Shown: positions 42,845 through 52,841 of the stretch, in pieces
Position numbering within the stretch: the first letter of the stretch is position 1
Layout: each line of letters begins with the position of its first letter
Assembly: GCA_007376135.1 (NCBI GenBank)
Contig: VMFR01000007.1
Location: 24,287 to 88,286, forward strand
Direction: 5' to 3'
DNA from: Parcubacteria group bacterium Gr01-1014_31
GTDB taxonomy: Bacteria > Patescibacteriota > Patescibacteriia > Buchananbacterales > GWA2-38-13
Length of the DNA stretch: 64,000 nt
Translations under genes and position numbers: made by a program
The notes under the pieces: model-generated
The model's database searches: none
Told to the model about the DNA's origin: nothing
The model's input: the letters and a program-made list of their open reading frames with translations, nothing else

Positions 42845-43519
42845 CTATCGCAACGATTCGAACACCCGTTGGAAACTTTCACGGTCAACGGCCCCGGATG
42901 CCGCAGAATGCACCTGGCACGATCGGTACCAATTGGCGCTGTCGTTATTCTCCCACAGGTCGGTACCGGGGTGGGCGAGGATCAGCGCGAACTGGCCAGC
43001 GGTCGGGAATTCTTCCGTAGGTTCGCCGAAATGGAACGTCGCCGTGTAGGTCTCGCCGTCGCGTTCAAAGGTTCGTTTCTCGGTCGTGAAATTCCAGGCT
43101 TCGTAGCCGGTCTCCAGTACCGGACACAGCATGACCGCCCGCGGGGTTCCCGCGGTATCCACGAAGGTCACGTTTTCACTGCCGAGTCCGGTCACCGTTC
43201 CGCCGCCCTTTTCCACGATGAAATCCACTTTTTTGGTTTGGGGTTCATCCGTCACCCGCCAGTTGCCGGGGTTGTCGAATGTAAAACCACTGAATTGGAA
43301 ATTGGTGAATGGTTGCGGCGGGACCGTTGCCGCGACGCTGCTGCCTTGCCATGTCGGCAACGAGGGCGTTTGCCACGAGATGACGACTTTCCGCGCGTTC
43401 AGACTGATGCTCAGGGTCGTCACCGCCAGCAGGGCGAAGAACGCCGCCATGCCGATACCGACGGCCGTCATCCAAAAAATAAAAGAGCCGGCCCAGCTCT
43501 TCCGCCTTGCTTTTGGCAT
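42845..43519 (-). CDS. Hypothetical membrane-anchored or secreted protein
   Basis: N-terminal TM helix SFIFWMTAVGIGMAAFFALLAV, then a soluble domain with no recognised motif. Confidence 0.45.
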   Translation of the reverse strand: MPKARRKSWAGSFIFWMTAVGIGMAAFFALLAVTTLSISLNARKVVISWQTPSLPTWQGSSVAATVPPQPFTNFQFSGFTFDNPGNWRVTDEPQTKKVDFIVEKGGGTVTGLGSENVTFVDTAGTPRAVMLCPVLETGYEAWNFTTEKRTFERDGETYTATFHFGEPTEEFPTAGQFALILAHPGTDLWENNDSANWYRSCQVHSAASGAVDRESFQRVFESLR

Positions 43520-43564
43520 ACCCCTCCTACGGTTAATAGTTATCCACTGATATTGTAGCACGAT

Positions 43565-44431
43565 TTACCGTAGCTGTTGAGCGCTCAATTCCTCCAGTCG
43601 CGTCACGTTTTCCAGCAGCATGGCGACGGTCAGCGGGCCGACGCCGCCGGGGGTCGGGGTGAAAGCGGCGGCGACCTTTTCCACCGATGCTGCATCCACA
43701 TCTCCGGCGAACGTGCCGTCCGGCTGCCGCGTGATGCCGATGTCCACCACGACCGCGCCGGGTTTCAGCAGTGCGCCGGTGATGACCCCGGGCTTGCCGA
43801 CCGCAGTGATGACAATGTCGGCGGAACGCAAGGTCGGGATAAAATCTTTGGCATCGTTGGTGGTCGCCGTGACGTGCGCTCCGTTATCCACCAACACCTT
43901 GCCCAAGGTTTTCCGCAGCACCCCGTCCTTGGCGACGATTGCGATGACGGCGCCAGCGAGCGGCGCGTCGGATTCCCGCAGCAGCCGCAGCACGGCGGCG
44001 ATCAACGGCGGGGTGAGCGTCGCGCGGCCGGCAAGGAACGCCTCAATGTTGCGTGGATGAAAACCGTCCACGTCTTTGGCCGGGTCCACGGCGGCAACGA
44101 GAACGTCAGCATGGAATCCTTTCGGGGGCGGCAGCTGCACAATGATACCGGAAACCTCGGGGTCGAGATTGAGAAAGCCGATCGCCTCCAACAGCTGTGT
44201 TTCATCGGCGTTCGGCAGAAACTGGTCGTTGCTGAGGTATTTGTGAAAGGCGATGCCGACCTTGTGGCAGGCTCTTTCCTTATTTCGGACGTACAGTATG
44301 GACGCCGGGTCGTTTCCGATGAGGATGACGGCCAGCCCCGGCGCGTGGGTGAGCTTGCGCACGCGCACCGCCACGTCGGCCAAAATTTTTTCGGCCAGGG
44401 CTTTACCGTCGAGGCGTTGAGCAGTTGTCAT
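43565..44431 (-). CDS. folD: Bifunctional methylene-THF dehydrogenase/methenyl-THF cyclohydrolase
   Basis: MTTAQRLDGKALAEKI, YVRNKERAC, GIIVQLPPPKG, VTAVGKPGVI. Confidence 0.9.
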   Translation of the reverse strand: MTTAQRLDGKALAEKILADVAVRVRKLTHAPGLAVILIGNDPASILYVRNKERACHKVGIAFHKYLSNDQFLPNADETQLLEAIGFLNLDPEVSGIIVQLPPPKGFHADVLVAAVDPAKDVDGFHPRNIEAFLAGRATLTPPLIAAVLRLLRESDAPLAGAVIAIVAKDGVLRKTLGKVLVDNGAHVTATTNDAKDFIPTLRSADIVITAVGKPGVITGALLKPGAVVVDIGITRQPDGTFAGDVDAASVEKVAAAFTPTPGGVGPLTVAMLLENVTRLEELSAQQLR

Positions 44432-44513
44432 ATCGTCTTTGGTCATTGCGAGTGCCACGCGAAGCAATCTCGTCAGAAGGTTGCTTCGTCACTTCGTTCC
44501 TCGCAATGACGGC

Positions 44514-45767
44514 TTATGCCGTCAGTTCAGGGTAGATCGGGAAGTGCGCGGTGAGCTCGGCGACGGTCGTTTTCGCGTTCGCGAGGACCGCCGCGTCGGT
44601 CGGCGCTTTCAGCACACTGGCGATGGTTTTTCCGACGAGTTTCATTTCTCGCTCTTTCATCCCGCGGGTGGTCAGCGCCGGGGTACCCAGCCGGATGCCG
44701 GTCGGTTCGAATGCCGAGCCCGGGTCGTACGGAATCGTGTTGCGGTTGCCGTAGATGCCGCAGTCCGCGAGAGCGTCGGAGCCCTGGCGGCCAGTGATAT
44801 GCAGCGGGCCGCAGTCGACCAGCAGCAGGTGGTTGTCCGTTCCTCCGGATACCAGCCGCAACCCTTCGGCCTGCAGAGTATCGGAGAGCGTTTTCGCGTT
44901 CACCGCGATCTGGTGGCCGTAGGTTTTGAATTCGGGCTGGAGCGCCTCGGCAAAGCAGACCGCCTTGGCGGCGATGATATGTTCCATCGGGCCGCCCTGC
45001 GTGCCGGGAAATACCGCGCGGTCAATGGCTTTGGCGTGGCGTTGCCTGCAGTAGATGACGGCACTGCGCGGGCCGCGGAGGGTCTTGTGGGTCGTGGTCA
45101 TCACGACATCCGCGCACGGCCATGGGTTCTGGTGGTCGCCCGACAGGCACAGGCCAACGATGTGGGAAACGTCGCACAGCAGCAGCGCGCCGATCTCGTC
45201 ACAGATAGCGCGGAATTTAGCGAAATCCAACGCGCGTGGGTAGGCCGTCGCTCCCGTGACGATCATTTTCGGCTTTTCCTTCTTTGCCAGCGCGAGCACT
45301 TCATCGTAATCAATGCGCTCGGTGTCCTTGCGCACGCCGTACTGGACGAAATGGTACAGCTGCCCCGAGACGTTGACCGGGTGCCCGTGTGTGAGGTGGC
45401 CGCCCTGGTCGAGTTTCATCCCCAGCACCGTGTCACCGGGTTTTAGCAGCCCCAGGTACACGGCGAGGTTGGCGCCGCTGCCGGCGTTCGGCTGGACGTT
45501 GATGTGGTCGCAGCCAAACAGCTTTTTGCCACGTTTGATGGCGAGGTCTTCGATCTCATCGATGAACTGGTTGCCGGTGTAGTAGCGCTTGTGCGGGTAG
45601 CCCTCGGCGTACTTGTTGGACAGCACCGTGCCCATGGCCTCCAGCACGGAAAGCGACGCGTAGTTTTCCGACGGGATCATGGCCAGGCTGTTTTGCTGGC
45701 GGGCAATTTCTTTGGCAACGATGCTCGCGACATCGGCGTCCGAGCGTTTGAGGTTGGAGTAGTCCAT
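44514..45767 (-). CDS. glyA: Serine hydroxymethyltransferase
   Basis: SENYAS, PLP-lysine region TTHKTLRGPR, full-length 417 aa. Confidence 0.95.
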   Translation of the reverse strand: MDYSNLKRSDADVASIVAKEIARQQNSLAMIPSENYASLSVLEAMGTVLSNKYAEGYPHKRYYTGNQFIDEIEDLAIKRGKKLFGCDHINVQPNAGSGANLAVYLGLLKPGDTVLGMKLDQGGHLTHGHPVNVSGQLYHFVQYGVRKDTERIDYDEVLALAKKEKPKMIVTGATAYPRALDFAKFRAICDEIGALLLCDVSHIVGLCLSGDHQNPWPCADVVMTTTHKTLRGPRSAVIYCRQRHAKAIDRAVFPGTQGGPMEHIIAAKAVCFAEALQPEFKTYGHQIAVNAKTLSDTLQAEGLRLVSGGTDNHLLLVDCGPLHITGRQGSDALADCGIYGNRNTIPYDPGSAFEPTGIRLGTPALTTRGMKEREMKLVGKTIASVLKAPTDAAVLANAKTTVAELTAHFPIYPELTA

Positions 45768-45899
45768 AGCGGGAGAATCAGGAAGCAAGAATCAAGAATT
45801 AGGGAATCGGTTCGTCGGTTCCACTAATTCCTTTACTCGCGCAGTTCGAGGCAGGAGAAGATCATGTTACTTTGATTGAAACTCGTACCTTTCCACTTT

Positions 45900-46298
45900 T
45901 CACCGCCTTTGAGCAGCCTCGCTCCAGAAATCGGCTGTATCTTCCTGCCCAGTAATAGAAGCCAATGCGTAAAGGCCAAAAATAATCACCATCAGTAAGA
46001 TGCCTATTGCTATGGTTTTGGTCGTGGGGCCCATCAAAATTTTGTCTTTCTTCCCTCGGGCAGAAAGATATTTACTAATTCCATAAATCGTCAAAAATAA
46101 TCCCAGAAAGAATATGAGTATCGTAATAATATTAATACCCAACATCAAATATGTTTTTGCATCCGGCTTCGCCAAGCTAACTACGGTGGCGTATGCACGG
46201 CCGTTGTTGTCATTAATTACGTAATTATTAATTTGCGCCCTTGCAATTAATGGCCACATCAGGAGGCTTGCTATTTTTGCAAAATGACTCGACCTCAC
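45900..46298 (-). CDS. Small membrane protein in an AT-rich islet
   Basis: Signal-like N-terminus plus two TM helices. The surrounding ~420 nt is strikingly AT-rich relative to its neighbours. Confidence 0.4.
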   Translation of the reverse strand: MRSSHFAKIASLLMWPLIARAQINNYVINDNNGRAYATVVSLAKPDAKTYLMLGINIITILIFFLGLFLTIYGISKYLSARGKKDKILMGPTTKTIAIGILLMVIIFGLYALASITGQEDTADFWSEAAQRR

Positions 46299-46324
46299 AA
46301 TTTTAAATGTTTAAAGAGTAAACA

Positions 46325-46903
46325 TTACTTTTCAAATAATTTCCAATTCCAGCAGTTAGCGAAGTCATCCATGGCCGCGACGCGGTCGTAGATGTCCTTG
46401 GCGGCTTTGGTTTTGAAATATTTGGCTTGGCGCGCGAACATTCGCGCAGCCTGGACGTTGCCGGCTTCGGCATGGATCTTTGCCTGCAGCGCGAACTCCA
46501 GAGTGTCAGCGTCTTTGGCTATGCGGCCTTCCGGGGTGTCCGCATGTTCGTGCTGTTGCACGAGTTCGCCGATCTTTTCCGCCAGGTTTTTTGGCAATGT
46601 ACGCAGCTGGTCGGTGAGCGCAGCCAGTTCCCCGTCGGTTTTGTCCAGGTAACGTTTAGCGATCTTGTGGTGGTCGCCAATTCTCGCTTCGCCGTTATCG
46701 TGGAACAGGGCAATGGCCGCGCACCGTTCGCCCGATAACCCTTCCAGTTCGCCCAGCAGGAATGCCAGCTGCGCGGTGATGGCGACGTGGTCGGCCAACG
46801 AATCAGGCAGGACGCCCGCCACGTGCCAGCCCTCGCGCGTGTTGCGCTTGAGCATGTAGATTTCCGCCAGGAATTTGATGAAGTCGCCAGTCCTACGGGG
46901 CAT
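46325..46903 (-). CDS. HD-domain metal-dependent phosphohydrolase (YfbR-like)
   Basis: H...HD...D motif (LADHVAI...LFHDNGEARIGD). Confidence 0.65.
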   Translation of the reverse strand: MPRRTGDFIKFLAEIYMLKRNTREGWHVAGVLPDSLADHVAITAQLAFLLGELEGLSGERCAAIALFHDNGEARIGDHHKIAKRYLDKTDGELAALTDQLRTLPKNLAEKIGELVQQHEHADTPEGRIAKDADTLEFALQAKIHAEAGNVQAARMFARQAKYFKTKAAKDIYDRVAAMDDFANCWNWKLFEK

Positions 46904-47007
46904 AACGGCAGCGTAGCAGGCAGTAAGTTTACTGGCAACGCCATTCGTTTCTTGGCAAAACCAAGCGAATTTGGTAGGCTGGGATGGACTTGGCATTATA
47001 TTTCCCT

Positions 47008-48177
47008 ATGAAGAATTTTTTTGGGCGTCGGTGGGGGTTGGCGGTACTGGCGGCGGTAGTCCTGGCAGTTCCGCTGGCCGCGGGAGCGTTCCTGGCCGCG
47101 GATCGTCCCGGCGTGCCGGCGCAGTTGAACCGCGACCAAATTTTTCAGGGCGACTACATCGCTGTGGGCGACGTCATTGAGATTTCCGGCAACGTGGATG
47201 GCGACGTGATCGTGGCGGCGCAACGATTGGTGGTCAGCGGCGCGGTCAGCGGCGACGTTATCGCGGCAGCATCCAGCATTGAGATCAGCGGGGACGTGGA
47301 AGGGGATGTGCGTGTGGCGGCGATGCAGGTGGATATCAGCGGTACTATCGGCAGGAACGCCAACCTTTGGGGGCAGCAGGTCACCATGACCGATACGGCG
47401 AGCGTGGGACGGAATTTGTACGCCGTCGGGGAGCAGCTCACGCTGCAGGGGACGGTCGGAAGGAATTTGGCGGTACGAGCGTTGAATGTCGCCATCCGCG
47501 GCAGCATCGGCGGTGCCGCGCAGGTTCATGTCGGCGACCGCGGCACGATCGCGCTGCAGTCCGGCACGGATATCAAGAGTTCCTTTACTTACGAAGCAAC
47601 GGCTGCCACGCAGCTCACCCGGGACGAAAGCGCCAAGGTCGGCGGCGAGGTGCGCCACCTGCCGTGGGCGGAGCCGGAGTCGGGGAGCGGCTGGCCGCAC
47701 TTCCTTTTTTTCCGCATTATCGGGCTGTTCGGGATGTTTGTCGTCGGGCTGGTGCTCGTGACGTTCGCTCCCAAAGCCATGGTCGGGATCACCCAGCAGT
47801 CATGGACGCGGCAGCCGTTGCCAGCGCTCGCCTGGGGTTTGGTCGTTACTCTGGTAACGCCCGTGGCGGCGCTGGTGCTGGCATTCACCATCATTGGGCT
47901 GCCCTTGGCGCTTTTGATCTTCGGCGGGTACCTGATGGTGCTCTATCTGGCGCAGATCGTCGCCGGTATCGCGTTGGGAATATTCGTCTTTTCCCGATTG
48001 TCCGCCAACCGCTCACGTGGGTCGCTCGTGCTACCGATGGTGCTGGGGATGACGCTGCTGTTTTTCCTGACTGTGTTTCTCGGGCCGTTCGGCATCCTGG
48101 TCAAGATCTCTGCCGTGCTGTGGGGGGTGGGTGCGCTGTGGCGTTTTAAAACCCAGCAGCTGGCGCAGTGGCGGTGA
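47008..48177 (+). CDS. Membrane protein with bactofilin-like beta-helical repeats followed by four TM helices
   Basis: Repeated GDV.I.G.V.GDV units (polymer-forming cytoskeletal / bactofilin-type). Hydrophobic C-terminal third. Confidence 0.5.
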   Translation: MKNFFGRRWGLAVLAAVVLAVPLAAGAFLAADRPGVPAQLNRDQIFQGDYIAVGDVIEISGNVDGDVIVAAQRLVVSGAVSGDVIAAASSIEISGDVEGDVRVAAMQVDISGTIGRNANLWGQQVTMTDTASVGRNLYAVGEQLTLQGTVGRNLAVRALNVAIRGSIGGAAQVHVGDRGTIALQSGTDIKSSFTYEATAATQLTRDESAKVGGEVRHLPWAEPESGSGWPHFLFFRIIGLFGMFVVGLVLVTFAPKAMVGITQQSWTRQPLPALAWGLVVTLVTPVAALVLAFTIIGLPLALLIFGGYLMVLYLAQIVAGIALGIFVFSRLSANRSRGSLVLPMVLGMTLLFFLTVFLGPFGILVKISAVLWGVGALWRFKTQQLAQWR

Positions 48178-48182
48178 GAGGT

Positions 48183-49544
48183 ATGTCGTATAACCCGGCG
48201 ATCTTCAAGGCGTACGATATTCGCGGGGTGTACCCCACCGAGTTGGATGAGGATCTGGCGCAACGGCTTGGCCGCGCTCTTGTCACCCACTTGCGCGTGC
48301 CCACCGTCGCCGTCGGCTGGGATGTGCGGGAGAGCGGCCCCAAGCTCCGCGATGCGCTGGTGTCGGGTATCACCGCACAGGGCGCCGATGCCATCCTCTT
48401 GGGCGTCTGCAGCACGGACTCGTTCTATTTTGCCGTCACGCGCTATGGGTTTGCGGCCGGCGTGATGGTGTCCGCATCCCATAATCCCGCCCAGTACAAC
48501 GGGTTCAAGATCGTCGGGGCTCGCGCCGCAGCGCTCTCCGGGGATAGCGGGATTCCCGAGCTCAAGCAATTGGTCGCCGCCAACCATTTCCCCGCGGTCC
48601 GTCAGCGCGGTACCGTGCGGGAGCAGCCCGGCGTCATCCCCGGCTTCGCGGCCGCGGTGCGGGCGATGGTGAAGGTTGCCGATATTACGCCGCTCAAGGT
48701 GGTGATGGATACCGGCAACGGTTCGGGCGGTTTGATCGCGCCGTCGGTGTTCGACGGCCTCCCGCTGCGCATCACCCCCCTGTGTTTTGCGCCTGATGGG
48801 CGTTTTCCCAACCACCAGGCCAATCCTTTGCTGCCGGAGAATCGCGTGCATTGGGAGGCGGCGGTCCGTGAGCAGCACGCCGACCTCGGCATTGCTTGGG
48901 ACGCGGACACCGACCGCGTTTTTTTTCTGGATGAGCAGGCGCGTTTCATCCCCGGGGATTTCGTGACGGCACTGTTGGCCGGTGAAACACTGGATGCTAC
49001 CGGCGGCGGACATGTCGTCTATGACCTGCGGGCGTCACGCTGCGTGCCCGATACGGTGCGCGCGCACGGCGGCACGCCCGTCGTGTGCCGCGTCGGCCAT
49101 TCGTTCATTAAGGCTAAGATGCGCGAGTTGGACGGGGTTTTCGGCGGCGAGATCACGGGGCACTACTACTACCGTTTCAGCGGCGCGTACCTGGATAACG
49201 GGTGGATCCCGGCGCTGCAGATGATTACCCTGCGCTCACGCCGGGGCAAGCCATTGAGCGAGATGTTTTCCGAACTGGCGGCGCGTTACCATATCAGCGG
49301 CGAACACAACTACACCGTGGCTGATCCCGATGAAATCCTGGCTAAGCTTGAGGCCCATTACGGTAGAGGCGCGCGGCGGGTCGACCATCTGGACGGGTTG
49401 ACCATCGAGCGGGACGATTTCTGGTTCAATGTCCGCAAGAGTAACACTGAACCGCTGCTGCGATTGAATCTTGAGGCAACGTCCGCCGAGCGTTTGCCCG
49501 GCGCGCTGGCCGAGGTCGCCGAATTCATCCGCCGCGCAGCCTAG
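48183..49544 (+). CDS. Alpha-D-phosphohexomutase (phosphomannomutase/phosphoglucomutase type)
   Basis: Active-site SASHNP, metal-binding DTDRVF-like DADTDR, sugar-binding region. Confidence 0.8.
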   Translation: MSYNPAIFKAYDIRGVYPTELDEDLAQRLGRALVTHLRVPTVAVGWDVRESGPKLRDALVSGITAQGADAILLGVCSTDSFYFAVTRYGFAAGVMVSASHNPAQYNGFKIVGARAAALSGDSGIPELKQLVAANHFPAVRQRGTVREQPGVIPGFAAAVRAMVKVADITPLKVVMDTGNGSGGLIAPSVFDGLPLRITPLCFAPDGRFPNHQANPLLPENRVHWEAAVREQHADLGIAWDADTDRVFFLDEQARFIPGDFVTALLAGETLDATGGGHVVYDLRASRCVPDTVRAHGGTPVVCRVGHSFIKAKMRELDGVFGGEITGHYYYRFSGAYLDNGWIPALQMITLRSRRGKPLSEMFSELAARYHISGEHNYTVADPDEILAKLEAHYGRGARRVDHLDGLTIERDDFWFNVRKSNTEPLLRLNLEATSAERLPGALAEVAEFIRRAA

Positions 49545-49572
49545 CACACAGGCGGATGGCAAGCTTTCTTCC

Positions 49573-50403
49573 ATGAGCGAATTTCTTCCCGGCATGCTTG
49601 GAGTGTTTGATTCAGGATTGGGCGGTTTGACCATTGCCAAGGCCATCCGTCAGCGCTTGCCGGAGTACCAGCTGGCGTACCTCGGCGATACCGCGCGGCT
49701 TCCCTATGGCAACCGGTCGGCTGACCTGGTGTATCGCTTCACGACCGAAGCCGTCGGGTACCTGTTGTCGCAAGGCTGCCCGCTGGTGGTGGTTGCCTGC
49801 AACACGGCGTCGGCGCTGGCGCTGCGGCGGCTGCAGCGCGAGTGGCTGCCCGTCCATTTTCCGGATCGCCGGGTGCTGGGGGTCATTCGCCCGATTTCCG
49901 AGTACGTCGCGGACGCTTCGCGTGGCGGCCGCGTCGGCGTGGTCGGCACCGCCAGCACGGTCGGCTCCGGCGCGTTCGTGCGGGAGATTTCCGGCCGCAA
50001 CCCGCGCATTTCAGTCGTGCAGCAGGCCTGCCCGCTGCTGGTGCCGTTCATCGAGGAGGGCTGGGGCCGCCGGCCGGAAACGGCCAAACTGGTACGCGAT
50101 TACGTCCGGCCGTTGCAAGAGGCGCAGGTTGATACCCTGGTGCTGGGCTGCACCCACTACCCGATGCTGCGGGCCGAGTTTGCCGCCGCCATGGGGGAAC
50201 ATTGTTTTATTCCGGATCCGGCCGCCGTCGTCGCCGAAAAACTGGCCGATTACCTCGCCCGCCACCCGGAGCGGGAATTGCAGATCTCCCGCGGTGCCAA
50301 CCACCGGTATTTGGTGACCGAGCACACCGACCGTTTCGCGCAGTTGGCCGGCGAATGGCTGGGCCACCCGTTGACGCTCGAGGGAGTTGACCTGCAGCCG
50401 TAA
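49573..50403 (+). CDS. murI: Glutamate racemase
   Basis: VFDSGLGGLT and ACNTAS catalytic-Cys motifs, GCTHYP. Confidence 0.85.
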   Translation: MSEFLPGMLGVFDSGLGGLTIAKAIRQRLPEYQLAYLGDTARLPYGNRSADLVYRFTTEAVGYLLSQGCPLVVVACNTASALALRRLQREWLPVHFPDRRVLGVIRPISEYVADASRGGRVGVVGTASTVGSGAFVREISGRNPRISVVQQACPLLVPFIEEGWGRRPETAKLVRDYVRPLQEAQVDTLVLGCTHYPMLRAEFAAAMGEHCFIPDPAAVVAEKLADYLARHPERELQISRGANHRYLVTEHTDRFAQLAGEWLGHPLTLEGVDLQP

Positions 50404-50418
50404 TATTTTTTTTTGAAT

Positions 50419-50456
50419 ATCAAATATACCCGGCCTGCAGGCCGGGTATATTTGAT
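50419..50456. terminator. Bidirectional terminator, 15-bp perfect palindrome
   Basis: atcaaatatacccggcc-tgca-ggccgggtatatttgat between convergent murI and gdh. Confidence 0.7.
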
Positions 50457-50458
50457 GT

Positions 50459-51724
50459 TTAGCTCCGTTTGGTCGTGGCGTCCGCCAGCCGTTTGATCGC
50501 CAAGGTGATAGCTGCCGTCCGCAAGGTAACCCGCTGCACTTTCGCCAGCTCCCACACCGTTGCGAATGCGCGTTCCAGTGTCGTTTGCAGTTTCTGTTTC
50601 ACGTCGGCTTCGGTCCAGCTCTCGTTGGCCCGGTTTTGCTGCCATTCAAAGGTGGATACGATAACGCCGCCGGCGTTGGCCAAAATGTCGGGAATGACCA
50701 TGATGCCTTGTTGCGCCAGCAGCGGGTCGGCCTCCGGAGCGGTGGGGGCGTTGGCGAGCTCCAAGATGAGCTTGGCCTTCACGGACATGGCATTGGCGGC
50801 CGTGATCTGGTTCTCCAATGCCGCCAGCACGAGCAGGTCGCCATCCGCAGTCAGCAGTTCCTGGGGGGTGGCGTGCCGATGGTCGGCGCAGCGGCATTTG
50901 CCCTCGGCGCAGCGGCAAGGGTCCACGGTGCCGCGTTCCAGCTTGGCGTTGCTGATGGCCGAGAAGTCCAACGTTTTGCCCTTGCTCGCCAGGACGGCGA
51001 GTTTCGAATCCGCAACCCCGACCAGCTTGCAGCCGATACGGCTGGCCAATCGGGTGAAGTGGGATCCCGCATTGCCGAACCCCTGAACGATGAAGGACAG
51101 CGATTCCGGTTTGCGTTTCAGCTTTTCCAGCATCTTCTGCAGCACGTAGAAACCTCCGCGCCCGGTCGCCGTTTCCCGCCCGCGGGAACCGCCCTGGTGC
51201 AGCGATTTGCCGGTGATGACCGCGGCTTCGCGGCGGCCCGTCACTTTGGCGTACTCGTCGGCCATCCAATCCATGACCTGTTCGTCGGTGCCGACGTCGG
51301 GCGCCGGCACGTCGCGCTCTGGTCCCAGCACGTCGGCAAAGGCGCGCAGATACGCGCGGCTCAAGCGTTCTTTTTCCTTTTCGGACAGAAGCTTGGGGTC
51401 AATGGCGACGCCCCCCTTGCCCCCGCCGAACGGCAGCTCTACCAGGGCGCATTTGAGCGCCATCCAGAACGCCAGTGCCATGATCTCGCCCAATTCGACG
51501 TTCGGATGGAAGCGGATACCCCCCTTGTAGGGGCCGCGCGCGTTGGAGTACTGCACGCGGTAGGCGGGAACGATCGTACGGCGGCCGTCGTCGCGGGTGA
51601 ACGACAAAACCGCCTGAATGATACGGTTGGGTTGCTGCAGCAGCGCGACCGTTTCGGGCTTCAGCTTGAGCTTTGCGACGGCCGCATCCAAGTGCGTGAG
51701 CGCATTGGCAAAAGCATCCTCCAT
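50459..51724 (-). CDS. gdh: NAD(P)-glutamate dehydrogenase
   Basis: KGGIRFHP, catalytic Lys region GGGKGG, Rossmann GFGNAG. Confidence 0.9.
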   Translation of the reverse strand: MEDAFANALTHLDAAVAKLKLKPETVALLQQPNRIIQAVLSFTRDDGRRTIVPAYRVQYSNARGPYKGGIRFHPNVELGEIMALAFWMALKCALVELPFGGGKGGVAIDPKLLSEKEKERLSRAYLRAFADVLGPERDVPAPDVGTDEQVMDWMADEYAKVTGRREAAVITGKSLHQGGSRGRETATGRGGFYVLQKMLEKLKRKPESLSFIVQGFGNAGSHFTRLASRIGCKLVGVADSKLAVLASKGKTLDFSAISNAKLERGTVDPCRCAEGKCRCADHRHATPQELLTADGDLLVLAALENQITAANAMSVKAKLILELANAPTAPEADPLLAQQGIMVIPDILANAGGVIVSTFEWQQNRANESWTEADVKQKLQTTLERAFATVWELAKVQRVTLRTAAITLAIKRLADATTKRS

Positions 51725-51759
51725 AATGTTGGTGTTGCAATAGTCGGGCCAACCCTGGG

Positions 51760-52746
51760 TCAGTCTCCAGGCCGCAGTCCGATCTTTTGGAATACCGCGG
51801 ACAGCGTTTTTTGGGCAACGCTGTCGGCCCGTACGGCGCCCGCCGCCAGCAATTCCTCGAGGTGATCGGGGTTCGCAAGCAGCGCCGTCTTTTTTTCCTG
51901 TATCGGCTTGAGGTAGTCGGAGATGGCTCTCGCCAAGGTCTGCTTAAGGTCGGCGTAGCGGATGGTTTTTTCTTTGGCCGCCCGCTGGAAACGCTGTGCC
52001 GTGTCGTGATCGGCGAAGTGTTCCAACAGGAGCAGCAGGTTTTTGGCGCCCGCCCCGGTCCCGTCGCCGGTATCGGTGACCGCGCGGGAAAGTTTTTTGG
52101 TAATAACGGCGGGCGGGTCGTCAAGATTCAGGCAGTGGTTGCCGCCCAGGGTCTTGGACATCTTCTTCGTCGGGTCCAGCAGGCTCATCACCCGCGGTGT
52201 TTCCGTGTGCAGCGTTTTGGGGAGGCCGAAGGTCGGGCCGAACCGTTTGTTGAAAAAGCCGGCAATGTCGCGGCTCAGTTCCACGTGCTGGTCCTGGTCA
52301 TCGCCGACCGGCACGAACGTCGGCTGGTAGAGCAAAATGTCGGCGGCCATCAGCACGGGATAGTAGAGCAGGCCGGCGTTGGCGTTTCCCTGCGCCTGCT
52401 TGCCCGCCTTCTCCTTATACTGGGTCATGCGGAACAGGTAACCGACGGGGATGAAGTTTGCCAAAGTAACGGCCAGCTGCGCGTGGGCCGGCAGCCGCGA
52501 CTGTACAAAGATAGTGCTGCGCGAGGGGTCCAGTCCGGCGGCGATAAAGGTAGCCGCCGTATCCAGCACCTGAGCGTACTTTTCTTTCGCGTCGAACTGT
52601 TCGTTCAGCGCATGCAGGTCGGCGATGAAGAAAAAGCACTCATGCCGGTCCTGCAGCTGCACGAAATTTTGTAGCGCGCCCAAATAGTTGCCGACATGCA
52701 GGTTGCCGGTTGGCCGGATGCCGGAGAGAATGGTGGTCGCGGGCAT
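51760..52746 (-). CDS. trpS: Tryptophanyl-tRNA synthetase
   Basis: SGIRPTGNLHVGNYLGA (HIGH-type) and KMSKT. 328 aa from MPATTIL. The ORF-track 5' extension is not used. Confidence 0.9.
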   Translation of the reverse strand: MPATTILSGIRPTGNLHVGNYLGALQNFVQLQDRHECFFFIADLHALNEQFDAKEKYAQVLDTAATFIAAGLDPSRSTIFVQSRLPAHAQLAVTLANFIPVGYLFRMTQYKEKAGKQAQGNANAGLLYYPVLMAADILLYQPTFVPVGDDQDQHVELSRDIAGFFNKRFGPTFGLPKTLHTETPRVMSLLDPTKKMSKTLGGNHCLNLDDPPAVITKKLSRAVTDTGDGTGAGAKNLLLLLEHFADHDTAQRFQRAAKEKTIRYADLKQTLARAISDYLKPIQEKKTALLANPDHLEELLAAGAVRADSVAQKTLSAVFQKIGLRPGD

Positions 52747-52785
52747 AGGTATAAGGTATTGTACGGCGTTTTCCGGATGGTTGTC

Positions 52786-52822
52786 TATAAAAAGCGGGGG
52801 AGGCTGGTAGGTCCTCCCCCGG
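52786..52822 (-). terminator. Rho-independent terminator after the zinc-ribbon gene
   Basis: Minus strand reads ccgggggaggacctaccagcctcccccg followed by ctttttat. Confidence 0.6.
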
Positions 52823-52841
52823 TGTGCGCAGCCACTCAACC

